A stretch of DNA of 64,000 bases from an uncultured Trueperaceae bacterium (GCA_963727505.1 CAVSGP010000004.1:736001-800000); one strand, 5' to 3'. Positions 20,932-31,591 are shown, counted from the first letter of the stretch. Numbers and translations are program-made. Notes: generated by a model not told the origin, from the letters alone.

Positions 20932-21840
20932 TCATGCGCCGGCCGCTCCGTTACGGCCCAAGATCTCGTCGAAACGCTTCACGGCTTCGCCGACATCGTC
21001 GGCGAGGTACACGCCTCCCAGGCGCTCGGCCCGGGAGGGGTCGTGATCGAAGGCGGCGCCACCGTAGACCACCAGCGGCGCGAGCTGCCTCAACAGCTCG
21101 ACGTGCTGCTCGAGCGCGTCCAGCGCTTCGGCCGCTGAGGCCGACAGCATCACGGCGGAGGCACCGAGGTGCCGCGCCATGGCGTTCAAGTCCGACACCG
21201 GCGTGTCGGCGCCGACGTAGTAGACGGCATGCCCGGCGCGCCTCAGCAATACGGCGAGCATGAGGGCGCCGAGTTCGTGATGGTCGCCGGGCGCGCACGC
21301 CACGATGACCGCGGGACCGTGCACGTGGCTGGCAGCCAGGCTCATCAGGTGCCGCAGCCAACCCTGCACGAAGCTCGAGCTGAAGTGCTCGGTGGTGGTG
21401 TCGATGCGGCCGTCATGCCACAGATCGCCGATGTCGACCATGGCCCCCGCGATGACGTCGGGCACCACCGTCTCGACCGGGTGGAGGGCGTGCGCTTCGC
21501 CGAGCACGTGTTCGGCACGGTCCTCGTCGAGGGCCAGGAAGGCTTCGACGAGGCGGCGGCGCAGGACGTCGGTGGGCAGGGGGCTCGCGTCGGCGGGACC
21601 CGTGCGTGCCACCAACTCGGCAGCGCGGGAAGCCGGCACGCCGTCGGCGATGTGATGCTTCATCGCCTCGATGGCGCGGAGGTCTTCGTCGGAGTACAGG
21701 CGATAGCCCGCCTCGGAGCGCTCCGGATGCGGCACGCCGTAGCGCCGCTCCCACTGCCGAAGCGTTCCCGCGGCGACGGCCGTGCGCTCAACGACTTCGT
21801 TGACGGTGTACTTTCCGATGTTGGTCGCGATGTTGGTCAT
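20932..21840 (-). CDS. carH: Adenosylcobalamin-dependent photoreceptor repressor CarH/LitR (MerR family)
   Basis: MerR HTH with RQWERRYG; W-x9-EH (WHDGRIDTTTEH); B12-binding DxH (GDHHELG) Rossmann domain. Confidence 0.93.
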   Translation of the reverse strand: MTNIATNIGKYTVNEVVERTAVAAGTLRQWERRYGVPHPERSEAGYRLYSDEDLRAIEAMKHHIADGVPASRAAELVARTGPADASPLPTDVLRRRLVEAFLALDEDRAEHVLGEAHALHPVETVVPDVIAGAMVDIGDLWHDGRIDTTTEHFSSSFVQGWLRHLMSLAASHVHGPAVIVACAPGDHHELGALMLAVLLRRAGHAVYYVGADTPVSDLNAMARHLGASAVMLSASAAEALDALEQHVELLRQLAPLVVYGGAAFDHDPSRAERLGGVYLADDVGEAVKRFDEILGRNGAAGA

Positions 21841-21857
21841 GTGGGCTCCGAGGCGAG

Positions 21858-21914
21858 TGTACAACCCCTGTCTAACGTTAGACGAATGGTAGTACATACC
21901 TTGAACGCTGTCAA
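21858..21914 (-). promoter_or_regulatory. carH promoter with overlapping CarH-type operator
   Basis: Minus strand TTGACA(21914-21909)-17 nt-TACCAT(21891-21886); TnnACA-like hexamers at 11-bp phase (TGTACT, TCGTCT, TAGACA, TGTACA). Confidence 0.75.
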
Positions 21915-22067
21915 GCCTCTCCGTGATCGCACCTCCTGAAGAGACACGCTTCCAGGGCTCCCATGGGGCCCTTCTTGATGTTGAAGGTCTGTACATCCAT
22001 TCGCCCGGCCCGGCTCCGCCCGGCGCCCTGCCGGGCCGCCGGGCGCTCGTGCGGTAGCATGCCTGCC

Positions 22068-22526
22068 ATGCCCGAACCGCACAAGCAGGTCACCGCCTAC
22101 ACCGACGGGTCGTGCGAGACGCGCAGTGGTGACGGGGGATGGGCCTACCTTCTGCTCTACAACGGCGCCCGGAAGCGCGCCAGCGGCTTCGAGGCCGCCA
22201 CCACCAACAACCGCATGGAGCTCACCGCGGCGGTGCGCGCCCTCGAAGCGCTGCGCGAACCCTGCGACGTCACCGTGGTCACCGACAGCCAGTACCTCAA
22301 GAAGGCGTTCACCGACGGCTGGCTCGAGGCCTGGCAGCGCAACGGCTGGCGCACCGCCGGCCGCACGGCGGTCAAGAACCAGGATCTCTGGCAGGAGCTG
22401 CTTCGCCTGACCGAGCGGCACACCGTTGCGTGGTCGTGGACACGCGGCCACGCGGGCCACAACGAGAACGAGGAAGTCGACGGGCTGGCGCTGGCGGCGC
22501 GCAAGCAGCGCCGCGCAGAGCCCTAG
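22068..22526 (+). CDS. rnhA: Ribonuclease HI
   Basis: YTDGSC, TTNNRMELTA, TDSQY, VKNQDLW and GHAGH..NE.VD motifs. Confidence 0.97.
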   Translation: MPEPHKQVTAYTDGSCETRSGDGGWAYLLLYNGARKRASGFEAATTNNRMELTAAVRALEALREPCDVTVVTDSQYLKKAFTDGWLEAWQRNGWRTAGRTAVKNQDLWQELLRLTERHTVAWSWTRGHAGHNENEEVDGLALAARKQRRAEP

Positions 22527-23647
22527 CCGCCGGGCGCTTCGGCCAGACAGGCCAGCAAGCGCTCGAAGGCGCGGTAGCCCTCGACGAGCGAGGCGGGCTC
22601 GAGCCATTCGGACGAGCGGTGGGCGTCGCCGCCCCGGTAGACGCCGAACGCGATCGCGGGCAGGCCGTGCGCCAGGGCCGCGTTGGCATCGGTGCTGCTC
22701 GCCACCACCGCGGCGTGGCGCTCGCCGTCTTGCAGCGCTCGCAGCGCGCACGTCACGAGCCGGGCGTTGTCGACCCGGGCGACCGGCCGATCGCCGATCT
22801 GGGTGATCTCCACCGCGCAGCCCGTGCGTCGCGCCGCGCTCTCGATCGCGGCCCGGGCGCGCCCTTCGAGGTCCTCGAGCACGCCCGGATCGAGGCTCCG
22901 CAGGTCGAGGTTGAAGCCCGCTTCCTGCGCGATGGCGTTGATCGAGGTGCCGCCCCACATCTGGCCGACGTTGAGCGACGAGCGCGGCTCTGCCGGCACG
23001 CGCAGGGCGTTCAGGGCGTGGATGGCCTCGCCCGCGGCGTGCACCGCACTGGGCGTGGGGTAGTCACCCCAGGAGTGCCCGCCGGCACCCCGGAAGCCGG
23101 TACGCAAGCGCCGCGAGCCCACCGCCTGCGCCACGATCGTGCCCAAGTGGCCGTCGAGCGCCACGAACAGGTCGTGCGACGCCCCCCGATCGGCCACGAG
23201 CTGTCGTGCGCCGCGGAGGTCGCCTTCGCCCTCCTCCCCCACGGTCGCCGCGACCGTCAGGTGCGGCCGCAGATCCTCCGAACCGGTCCCGCTACGCTGG
23301 ACGAAAGCGCTCAGCACCGCCAGGCTGGCGCTGTTGTCGCCGATGCCGGGCGCGCACAGGCGCTCGCCGTCGCGCTGCACCCGAACGTCGGTGCCGGCAC
23401 CGAACACGGTGTCCAGGTGCGCGGCCACCAGCACCCGTGGACCCCGTCCACCCGGCAACGTCGCCACCACGTTCCCCGCGGCGTCGCGTTCCACCGGCAA
23501 GCCTGCACGGCTCCACAGCCCCGCGATCAGGTCTGCGCGCGCGGCCTCCCCGAAGGGAGGCGCCGGCGTCTCGGTGATGGTCTTCAGATGCTGTTCGAGC
23601 GCGCGGCTCAGCGCGAGTCCTACCTCGGAGCGCGCCTCCGGGGGCAC
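22523..23647 (-). CDS. M20/M25/M40 family metallopeptidase
   Basis: AAHLDTV, APGIGDN, VGEEGEG, GGHSW, STDAN and AH..EW motifs. Confidence 0.88.
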   Translation of the reverse strand: MPPEARSEVGLALSRALEQHLKTITETPAPPFGEAARADLIAGLWSRAGLPVERDAAGNVVATLPGGRGPRVLVAAHLDTVFGAGTDVRVQRDGERLCAPGIGDNSASLAVLSAFVQRSGTGSEDLRPHLTVAATVGEEGEGDLRGARQLVADRGASHDLFVALDGHLGTIVAQAVGSRRLRTGFRGAGGHSWGDYPTPSAVHAAGEAIHALNALRVPAEPRSSLNVGQMWGGTSINAIAQEAGFNLDLRSLDPGVLEDLEGRARAAIESAARRTGCAVEITQIGDRPVARVDNARLVTCALRALQDGERHAAVVASSTDANAALAHGLPAIAFGVYRGGDAHRSSEWLEPASLVEGYRAFERLLACLAEAPGG

Positions 23648-23648
23648 C

Positions 23649-24311
23649 TCAGCTGTTGTCCTGGAGCGTCGCGATGCCCTCGCGCAACGCGTACAACGCC
23701 GCCTGCGTGCGGTTGTTCAGACGCAACTTGGAGAAGATCTCCGACAGGCGGTTGCGTACCGTCTTCTCGCTCACGCCGAGCGAATGGGCGATCTCCTGGT
23801 TGGACGCGCCCTGAGCCAGCAGCCTCAGGATGTCCTCCTCGCGCTCGGTGAGCTCGCTGATCTTGTGGTCGGGATGCTCGGGGAGCTCCCCCACCTTCCG
23901 GAACTCGTCGAGGATGGACGCCGCCATCTCCGCGTTCAGCAGCGTCTCGCCGGCAGCGACCCGCCGGATGGCGTCGATCAGATCGTTGGCGTCGGCGTCC
24001 TTCAGCAGGTAGCCGCGGGCGCCCACCTTGATCGCTTCGAAGACGTACTTGTCCTGCCGATACATGGTCAGGATGATGACCTTGGCGTCGGGCTGCTCGG
24101 CCAGCACCGCCTTGGTTGCAGCGACGCCGTCGAGCTCGGGCATCTGGATGTCCATCAGGACGACGTCCGGCCTGGTCTCGAGGGCATAGCGGACCGCCTC
24201 GCGCCCCGTCGACGCTTCTCCGATGATGCGAAAGTCGTCCTCGGTCTCGAGGATGCTCCTCAGACCTTGGCGGAACATGGCGTGGTCATCGCACAGGAGC
24301 AACCGAATCAT
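23649..24311 (-). CDS. NarL/LuxR family response regulator
   Basis: CDDH, LMDIQMP, GYLLKD receiver motifs and LTERE…GASNQEIA…KTVRN HTH. Confidence 0.95.
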   Translation of the reverse strand: MIRLLLCDDHAMFRQGLRSILETEDDFRIIGEASTGREAVRYALETRPDVVLMDIQMPELDGVAATKAVLAEQPDAKVIILTMYRQDKYVFEAIKVGARGYLLKDADANDLIDAIRRVAAGETLLNAEMAASILDEFRKVGELPEHPDHKISELTEREEDILRLLAQGASNQEIAHSLGVSEKTVRNRLSEIFSKLRLNNRTQAALYALREGIATLQDNS

Positions 24312-24491
24312 GATGGGGCCACTTTACCGCAGTCGGCGTCGTGATAACGTTGTGTTGCAGCTGCCGGGCTCGTGCCAGGCCGGATCGGTCGCACCCTCAT
24401 GGCCCCACCAGGCTCGAGTGCGGTCGGCGACCTGGCGGGAGCCCGGCAGCTGCACGAAGGAATGCGCAACAAGCCTTCACGAGGAGGACGC

Positions 24492-24977
24492 ATGGCACAT
24501 CCCAAGGGCGTCCTGATCGAACGGCTGCAGAAGTCGGGGCAGAACCGGCCCGAGTTCCGCAGTGAACGTACCGGTCCGGACCATCAACCCACCTTCCTCA
24601 GCGACGTCCTGGTCGACGGGCACGTGCTCGGCACCGGACAGGGTGGCAGCAAGCGTGAGGCGGAACGACATGCCGCGGAAGAGGCGCTCGCCGCCCTCGA
24701 CCGAGGCGGCGTCGTGCTGAACGGGAACGCCTCGGCTTCCGAGGCAGCGAACGAGGACTACCTCGACGACACGGCTCCGTTCGAAGGACCCTGGCCGGTG
24801 TTCGAGGCGGTCCTGGCGTCCAGCCTGCAGGTCGCCGATCGCCGGATCCCCGACCATCTGCGGGGCGACGAGGCCCGCACCGCGGTGCGCGACTTCGCGC
24901 TCTCGCTCTACAAGGACGTGCTGCAGGACCTGGGCGACGTCGTCGAGGAGGACGCCCTCGAGGACGAGGACGCCTGA
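24492..24977 (+). CDS. Stand-alone double-stranded RNA-binding domain protein
   Basis: HPKGVLIE..Q…GPDHQPTF…G.G.GGSKREAE..AA..AL dsRBD motif, acidic C-terminus; AGGAGG RBS. Confidence 0.85.
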   Translation: MAHPKGVLIERLQKSGQNRPEFRSERTGPDHQPTFLSDVLVDGHVLGTGQGGSKREAERHAAEEALAALDRGGVVLNGNASASEAANEDYLDDTAPFEGPWPVFEAVLASSLQVADRRIPDHLRGDEARTAVRDFALSLYKDVLQDLGDVVEEDALEDEDA

Positions 24978-25073
24978 TTCATCGGGAACGAGGCGCGGGG
25001 GCGGGGTGGCGTCGCGGGGGAAGGATCGGGAGCTCGCAGCGAACCGGCAGGGGCGCCGCCTAACGCGTGGCGC

Positions 25074-25385
25074 TCACCCGTTGCCGTGCTCGCGGGCGTA
25101 GCGTTCGATGCGGCGCAAGTCGGCAGTGGCCTTCTCGCGCACCAGGATCTCGCGCATGCGTGCGCCGCCGGCGAACGCACCCATGCCTTGCGCCTCGATG
25201 AGATCCACCATCTTGGCGGCGAACGCGCGCAGCGGCGTCGCCATCGGCAGCTCCCTGGCGGTCATCTCATCGGCCATCGCCAGCGACAGCAGGCCCGCAT
25301 CGAGACCATCGGCGTCGTCGTTGACGGTGACGACGACGTCGCCGTCGTCGGTGGTGACGAGAAAGCGCCGGGGCTGTTCAGGCAT
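25074..25385 (-). CDS. Hypothetical protein
   Basis: Plausible composition; TAGGCT -10 box 8 nt upstream of the ATG. Confidence 0.65.
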   Translation of the reverse strand: MPEQPRRFLVTTDDGDVVVTVNDDADGLDAGLLSLAMADEMTARELPMATPLRAFAAKMVDLIEAQGMGAFAGGARMREILVREKATADLRRIERYAREHGNG

Positions 25386-25572
25386 CGCGGCACAGCCTAT
25401 CACGCGCTGCAGTGGCGCCGCGGCGCCGACGCGCGGGCCGGGATGCTAGCATGGATGCCCACCCCCACGCATCCCTCGCGCCCCAGGCGCTACCCCTCGA
25501 CCAGGAGGACCCCTTGCTCGTTCCGCCCCTGAACGGAGCGCCTCGGAGCGCCACACCCCCGATGGGGCCGGC

Positions 25573-27786
25573 ATGAGCCACCGCAGCCTCGAGCGCGACC
25601 TCGGCCTCTACGCCGTCATCACCATCAGTGTCGGCGCCATGATCGGGAGCGGCATCTTCGTGCTGCCGGGCCTGGCCTCCAAGATCGCGGGGCCCAGCGT
25701 CATCCTGGCATTCCTCCTGGCGGGGCTGATCGTGCTGCCCGCGGCGCTGAGCCAGTCGGAGATGGCCACCGCCATGCCGGAGGCGGGCGGCACCTACCTC
25801 TACGTCGACCGGGCGCTCGGCCCCATGCTGGGCACCATCGCGGGCATCGGTGTGTGGTTCTCGCTGGTGCTCAAGAGCGCCTTCGCGCTGGTGGGGCTGG
25901 GCGCCTACCTGCTGCTGTTCGTCGATCTCCCCACCAAGCCGGTCGCGGTCGCGCTGGCGCTGCTGGTGCTCGCCGTGAACGCCCTCGGGGTGAAGCAGAC
26001 CGGCCGCCTGCAGGCGGTGATCGTCACCGGCGTGCTCGGCGTGCTCCTGCTGTTCGTCCTGCGGGGCGCCGCCGTGGTCGACCCCGCCCGTTACCAGCCC
26101 TTCCTCGCGCACGGGGTGGGCGGCCTGCTGGCCGCGACCGGCTTCGTGTTCGTCAGTTACGCCGGGGTCACCAAGATCGCCAGCGTGGCCGAGGAGGTGC
26201 GCGCTCCGGGCCGGAACATCCCGGCCGGCATCCTGCTCAGCATCGGCCTGATGATGATCGTGTACACGGGCCTCATCTACGTCATCGTGGGCACCAGCGC
26301 GGCCGCACCGCTGCACGCCACCCTCACCCCGATGGCGCTCGCCGCTCGCGACATCCTGGGGGTGGGCGGGGAGATCATCGTCGCCATCACCGCGGTGCTG
26401 GCCCTCACCAGCATGGCGAACGCCGGGGTGCTCTCCAGCTCGCGCTACCCCTTCGCGATGAGCCGCGGTGAGCTAGCGCCGCCGCTGTTCCAGCGCGTGC
26501 ACCCCCGCTACGGCACGCCGGTGGCGTCCATCGCCCTGACCGGCGTGGCGCTGCTCACCCTCATCGCCTTCGTCCCGGTGGTGGATCTCGCCAAGCTCGC
26601 CAGCGCCTTCCAGATCCTGGTGCTGTGCCTCGTGAACCTGGCCCTCATCGCCTTCCGCGAGGGCGAGGTCCCCAGCTACCGCCCCACCTTCCGCTCGCCC
26701 GGCTACCCGTGGGTGCAGCTCGGCGGAATCGCTGCCGGCCTGCTGCTGATCACCCAGATGGGTTGGCTGTCGGTCCTGGGCGCGGCCGGCATCGTGGCCG
26801 TGGGGCTGGTGTGGTTCCGCGCCTACGGGCGCCCCCGCACCGAGCGCGAGGGCGTCGCGCTGGCCGCCCTGCGCCGCAACACCGACAGCGCCGCGGTCGG
26901 TCACACCCGCCGCGCGCTGCATGCGCCCGGCCCCCTCAACCTGCTGGTGCCTGTCCACCCGCACCTGGACGCGGCGCGCGAGCGCGACCTGCTGCGGCTG
27001 GCCGCCATGCTCGCCGACCCGCGCGACCGCCTGCGCGTCATCCGCTTCGACCAGGTACCCGAACAGGTCGAACTGATCGCCGTGGCGCGTCAGTCCAGCG
27101 AGGAGGATATCGCCTTCGAGGCGCGCGTGAAGACAACCCTCGGCGAGATCGGCACCCGCCTCTACCTGGGCAGCGTCGTCGGGCACGACTGGAAGGAGGC
27201 GATCGTCCTCCACGTGCGCGAGCACCGGGTCGACCTGGTTCTCACCGACGAGATCCGCGCCCCTAACCCGCTGCGCCCGTTCAGCCGCGACGCCGGCTGG
27301 CTGATGGACCGCAGCGGCGTCGACGTGGCGGTGCTGGGCCCTCGGCCCCTGGAGGCGATCTCCGAGGTGCTGGTCATGGGCACCGGTGGGCCCTTCGACG
27401 CGCTCAAGATCGACCTGGCGAGCCGCGTCGCTCGCAGTCAGGGCGCCCGCATCCGCTTCATGCACGTCGTGCCCGAGAATGCGCTCCCGGCACAGCTCGA
27501 CACCCTGCGCACCTACCACGACCAGCTCGCCTCGCTGTGTGGCGTGCCCACGGTGAGCGACATCCGCCGCGCCGCGAGCCCCCGCGCGGCACTGGTCGAA
27601 GCCTCCAGCGGCGCCGACCTCGCCATCCTGGGCGCGACGGTCCACCGCTACGTGGGGACCCGTAGCGCCCGCGACCTGGCCCACCAGCTCGCCGCCGGCC
27701 TGGAGTGCCCGGCGCTCATCGTGCATGCGCAGCTCTCGCACCGGCGCACCCTGCTCGGCGCATTGCTCGAGCGCGTCGCGTACTAG
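25573..27786 (+). CDS. APC family amino acid permease with C-terminal universal-stress-like domains
   Basis: GAMIGSGIFVLPG, EMATAMPEAGG and SYAG..KIASVAEEV motifs; about 12 TMs plus a soluble USP-like tail. Confidence 0.88.
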   Translation: MSHRSLERDLGLYAVITISVGAMIGSGIFVLPGLASKIAGPSVILAFLLAGLIVLPAALSQSEMATAMPEAGGTYLYVDRALGPMLGTIAGIGVWFSLVLKSAFALVGLGAYLLLFVDLPTKPVAVALALLVLAVNALGVKQTGRLQAVIVTGVLGVLLLFVLRGAAVVDPARYQPFLAHGVGGLLAATGFVFVSYAGVTKIASVAEEVRAPGRNIPAGILLSIGLMMIVYTGLIYVIVGTSAAAPLHATLTPMALAARDILGVGGEIIVAITAVLALTSMANAGVLSSSRYPFAMSRGELAPPLFQRVHPRYGTPVASIALTGVALLTLIAFVPVVDLAKLASAFQILVLCLVNLALIAFREGEVPSYRPTFRSPGYPWVQLGGIAAGLLLITQMGWLSVLGAAGIVAVGLVWFRAYGRPRTEREGVALAALRRNTDSAAVGHTRRALHAPGPLNLLVPVHPHLDAARERDLLRLAAMLADPRDRLRVIRFDQVPEQVELIAVARQSSEEDIAFEARVKTTLGEIGTRLYLGSVVGHDWKEAIVLHVREHRVDLVLTDEIRAPNPLRPFSRDAGWLMDRSGVDVAVLGPRPLEAISEVLVMGTGGPFDALKIDLASRVARSQGARIRFMHVVPENALPAQLDTLRTYHDQLASLCGVPTVSDIRRAASPRAALVEASSGADLAILGATVHRYVGTRSARDLAHQLAAGLECPALIVHAQLSHRRTLLGALLERVAY

Positions 27787-27801
27787 GCTCGACGTTCCGA
27801 G

Positions 27802-29649
27802 ATGCCCCAGCTCCTCGCCACCTACCCCGCCCTCGCCATCGCGGCCGTCATCGCCCTCGGTGCCGGGGCGCAGTGGCTGGCGTGGCGGCTCCACCTGCCC
27901 GCGATCCTCCCGCTGCTGACCATCGGCTTCGTGGTGGGGCCGGTGCTCGGCTGGTTGCGGCCGTCCCAGGTGTTCGGCGACGCTCTGCTCTACCCCGCCG
28001 TGTCACTGGCGGTCGGCCTGGTGCTGTTCGAGGGGGGGCTGACGCTGCGCCTGTCCGAGCTCCACGAGACCCGCCGTGTGATCTTCTACCTGGTCACGGT
28101 GGGGGCGCTGGTCACCTGGCTCGGCAGCGCCGCGGCCGCCCACTGGCTGGGCGCCCTCCCCGGATCGCTGGCCCTGCTGTTCGGCGCCCTCGTCATCGTC
28201 ACCGGTCCCACCGTCATCGGGCCGCTGCTGCGCATCGTGCGGCCGACCGCCCGCGTGGCGAACGTCCTCAAGTGGGAGGGCATCATCATCGACGTGGTGG
28301 GGGCGATGGTGGCGGTGCTGGTCTTCGAGGCCCTGCTGCTGGGCACCGCACAGCCGGCGCCCGAGCGCATCGTGCTGCAACTGGCCCGCTTCCTGCTGGT
28401 GGGCGCAGCAGCCGGGGCGGTGGCCGGCTACGCGCTGGCCTGGCTCCTGAAGCGGCGCGCCATGCCCGACTACCTGATCAACGTGATCTCACTGGCCGCC
28501 CTGTTCGCCGCGTTCTCGCTCGCCAACGTCGTCGCCGACGAGTCCGGGCTGCTGGCAGCGGTGGTGATGGGGGTGGTGCTGGCGAACCTCCGGGTACCCA
28601 ACATCGGCGCGCTGTTGAGCTTCAAGGAGGACCTCAGTGTGCTGTTCGTCAGCATGCTGTTCGTGGTGCTGGCGGCCAACCTTCAGCTCGCCAACCTCGC
28701 CGCGGAGCTCACCTGGCGGGGGCTGGTGCTGCTGCTGGTGCTGGTGCTCGTCACCCGGCCGGCAGGCGTGCTGCTCAGCAGCCTGCGCTCGCCGCTCACG
28801 TGGCGCGAGAAGCTGTTCCTGTCCGGGATCGCGCCGCGTGGCATCGTCGCGGCGGCCGTCAGCTCGCTGTTCGCCTCCAAGCTGACAGCGGCCGGCTTCG
28901 AACAGGCGGGCTCACTGCCGCCGCTGGTCTTCCTGATGATCGTAGGGACGGTGCTTCTGGCGAGCCTGTTCGCCCGCCCGCTGGGGGTGCGGCTGGGCGT
29001 GGCCGATCCCGACCCGCAGGGCTTCCTGATCCTGGGTGCGGACCCCGTTGCCCGCACGGTGGCCCGCGCCCTGCACTCCCAGCGCATCGAGGTGCTGCTC
29101 GCCGACACCAACTGGTCGCACGTCGCGGCCGCCCGCGTCGAGGGGTTGCAGGCCTATTACGGGAGCCTGCTGTCCGACCACAGCGACGACGAGCTCCGCC
29201 TCTCCGGCATCGGCCGGCTGCTGGCCCTGACCTCCAACGACGAGGCCAACGCCCTGACGGCCCTCAAGTACGCGCGCGAGTTCGGCTCGTCCAACGTGTT
29301 CCAGCTCGCCCCGGGGCGCAGCGGGAGCGATCGCGGCCGGCTCGGCGGCGATCGGCGCGGACGCTCGCTCTTCGGCGACGACGTCACGTTCCCGCGCATC
29401 CAGACGCTGGTGCGCGCCGGCGCCAGCGTCAAGCGAACGGAACTGACCGAGCGTTTCGGCCTGGAGGCGTACCTCGAACGCTACGGCAGCGCCTGCATCC
29501 CGCTGTTCGTGCAGGATGGCAAGCGCATCGACGTGGTGGCGGCCGACGACCCGCCGCCCGAGGCCGGGTCGGCGCTGTTCGCGCTGGTGCTCGAGCCCGA
29601 GGAGGAGGCGGGCGCCAGCGACGTGGTGGCACAGCCCGCACGGAGCTGA
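27802..29649 (+). CDS. CPA1 (NhaP-type) cation:proton antiporter with TrkA-N-like domain
   Basis: [22 protein letters not shown] and APRGIVAA motifs; C-terminal Rossmann-like domain. Confidence 0.9.
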   Translation: MPQLLATYPALAIAAVIALGAGAQWLAWRLHLPAILPLLTIGFVVGPVLGWLRPSQVFGDALLYPAVSLAVGLVLFEGGLTLRLSELHETRRVIFYLVTVGALVTWLGSAAAAHWLGALPGSLALLFGALVIVTGPTVIGPLLRIVRPTARVANVLKWEGIIIDVVGAMVAVLVFEALLLGTAQPAPERIVLQLARFLLVGAAAGAVAGYALAWLLKRRAMPDYLINVISLAALFAAFSLANVVADESGLLAAVVMGVVLANLRVPNIGALLSFKEDLSVLFVSMLFVVLAANLQLANLAAELTWRGLVLLLVLVLVTRPAGVLLSSLRSPLTWREKLFLSGIAPRGIVAAAVSSLFASKLTAAGFEQAGSLPPLVFLMIVGTVLLASLFARPLGVRLGVADPDPQGFLILGADPVARTVARALHSQRIEVLLADTNWSHVAAARVEGLQAYYGSLLSDHSDDELRLSGIGRLLALTSNDEANALTALKYAREFGSSNVFQLAPGRSGSDRGRLGGDRRGRSLFGDDVTFPRIQTLVRAGASVKRTELTERFGLEAYLERYGSACIPLFVQDGKRIDVVAADDPPPEAGSALFALVLEPEEEAGASDVVAQPARS

Positions 29650-29667
29650 ACCGCGGCCGGCGGCCGC

Positions 29668-30369
29668 CTACTCGCTGGCTTCGTCCAGGAACTGCTGCAG
29701 ACGCCCCACGTGGACCGTGATGGGCGCGCGCCGGCGGCGCACCGCCCCGTACTCGAGCAACCGCGCCAGGCAGTGGCTGACGGTCTCGCGCGTGGCCCCG
29801 ATCATCTTGGCGAGGTCCTGCTGGGTCAGGTTGAGGTCGATCACGGTGCCGCGGTCGCCGGTCACGCCGAAGTCGTTGGCGAGCCGCAGCAGCAGGTTGG
29901 CGAGGCGACCGGGGGCGTCGAAGGCGCCGACCTCGGCCTGCCATTGCTGCGCCTGCCACAGGCGCGTGCTCATGACCTGGATGAACTTCATGGCGATCTT
30001 CGGGTACTGCGCCAGCAGACGCTGGAAGTCCTCTTCGGGCATGACGATGAGGGTGGTGTCGACCACGGCCTCGGCCTGGTTGGGCCGCCGCTCGCTCTCG
30101 AGCAGCAGCAGCTCCCCGAAGATGTCGTACTGCCCCAGCAGACCAAGGATCATCTCCTTGCCGTTGGGGAAGTACATGGAGATCTTCACCATGCCGTCGC
30201 GGATGAAGTACAGCGCGTCGGCCGGATCCTCCATGTGGTAGACGATCTCGCCTGCCGCGAACCGCTTGTAGGGCGTGATACGCGACAGCTGCTCGAGCTC
30301 GTCCGGCGACAGATCCTCGAACAGCTGGGTGTTCTTCAGATGCCACACCAGGCTCGGATATTCATGCAT
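29668..30369 (-). CDS. CRP/FNR family transcriptional regulator
   Basis: LYFIRDGMVKI, FGEL and LTQQDLAKMIGATRETVS HTH motifs. Confidence 0.93.
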   Translation of the reverse strand: MHEYPSLVWHLKNTQLFEDLSPDELEQLSRITPYKRFAAGEIVYHMEDPADALYFIRDGMVKISMYFPNGKEMILGLLGQYDIFGELLLLESERRPNQAEAVVDTTLIVMPEEDFQRLLAQYPKIAMKFIQVMSTRLWQAQQWQAEVGAFDAPGRLANLLLRLANDFGVTGDRGTVIDLNLTQQDLAKMIGATRETVSHCLARLLEYGAVRRRRAPITVHVGRLQQFLDEASE

Positions 30370-30488
30370 CTACGGCAGTGTACACGACGCGCTGCACGCG
30401 GTAAAGCAGGTCGGAACTCGACCGGCGTCGTGTGGGGCGGGTCTCTTGGCTGCGACGCCGCCCCGAGCGCGCACCCGGGCAACTCCCG

Positions 30489-31553
30489 TCACGAGCCGAC
30501 CGGCGCCAGCAGGTAGGCCTCCAGCAGCGCTGCGGTGCGTTCCAGCGCGCGCCGGTGTGTGCGCTCGTAGCTGTGCGAGGCGTCCACCCCGGGCCCGATC
30601 AGGGCGGCGCGGTGGCTGCCGCCGGCGCGCCAGGCGGCGGTCGCGTCCGAGGCGTAGTAGGGGTAGATGTCGACCTTGAGCGGGATGTCGTGCTCGCGCG
30701 CCAGCCTGCGCAGGCGGCGGTTCATGGCGTAGTCGTAGGGTCCGCCGGAGTCCTTGACGCAAAGCGTCACGTCGTACTCGGTGCTGGTCTGCCCTTCGCC
30801 CACCGCCGCCATATCGATGCACAGCAGCTCCTCGACACCCTCAGGGATGCCGGTGGCCGCGCCGTGCCCCACCTCCTCGTAGTTGGAGACGAAGAAGTGC
30901 GTGTCGCCATCGGGCTGCAGCCGGCCCGCCACGAACGAGCGCGTGACCGCCAGCGCCACCGCCACCGCCGCCTTGTTGTCGAGGTGCCGCCCCTTCACGA
31001 AACCCGATTCGGTGGCGCGCGGTGCACTGTCGAACGACACCACGTCCCCGACCTCGATGCCGAGCGCGCGCGTCTCGGCGGCGGTGCCCGCCTCGACGTC
31101 GAGCCGGATCTCCATGGTGGCGACGTCGCGCTTGATGTCGCGCAGTTCCTGCCCGTGAACGTGCGACGACTGCTTGGTGTTGACCACCGTGCCGGAGACG
31201 GCGCTGCCGTCCTCGGTATGCACCTGGCACTCGGCGCCCTCGATGGTCGCCCAGTCGTAGCCGCCGACGGGGCTGAGCTTGAGGCGCCCGTTGGCCTTGA
31301 TCTCCTTGACCATCGCGCCGAGCGTGTCGATATGGCTGGCCACGGCGCGCGGAGCACCGCCCGTTCCCTCCAGCGTCCACAGCAGCGCGCCCTTCGGCGT
31401 GCGCCGGGCGCGGACCCCCAGCATGTCGAGCTCGGCCTCCACCACCGCCAGGGCGCGATCGGTGAAGCCGGTAGGCGACGGGGTCGCCAGGAGCTCGAGC
31501 AAGACGCGCAAGCCGTCGTCGATGTCCACCCCAGGAAGACTCATGTGCTCCAT
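30489..31553 (-). CDS. M42 family metallopeptidase
   Basis: PSPTG, SHIDTLG, RHLDNKA, YEEVGHG, IDM and ASHSYER motifs. Confidence 0.92.
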   Translation of the reverse strand: MEHMSLPGVDIDDGLRVLLELLATPSPTGFTDRALAVVEAELDMLGVRARRTPKGALLWTLEGTGGAPRAVASHIDTLGAMVKEIKANGRLKLSPVGGYDWATIEGAECQVHTEDGSAVSGTVVNTKQSSHVHGQELRDIKRDVATMEIRLDVEAGTAAETRALGIEVGDVVSFDSAPRATESGFVKGRHLDNKAAVAVALAVTRSFVAGRLQPDGDTHFFVSNYEEVGHGAATGIPEGVEELLCIDMAAVGEGQTSTEYDVTLCVKDSGGPYDYAMNRRLRRLAREHDIPLKVDIYPYYASDATAAWRAGGSHRAALIGPGVDASHSYERTHRRALERTAALLEAYLLAPVGS

Positions 31554-31591
31554 CGTAATCCGGCGCCGGCGAACGGTGCAGCCGCCGGGCC

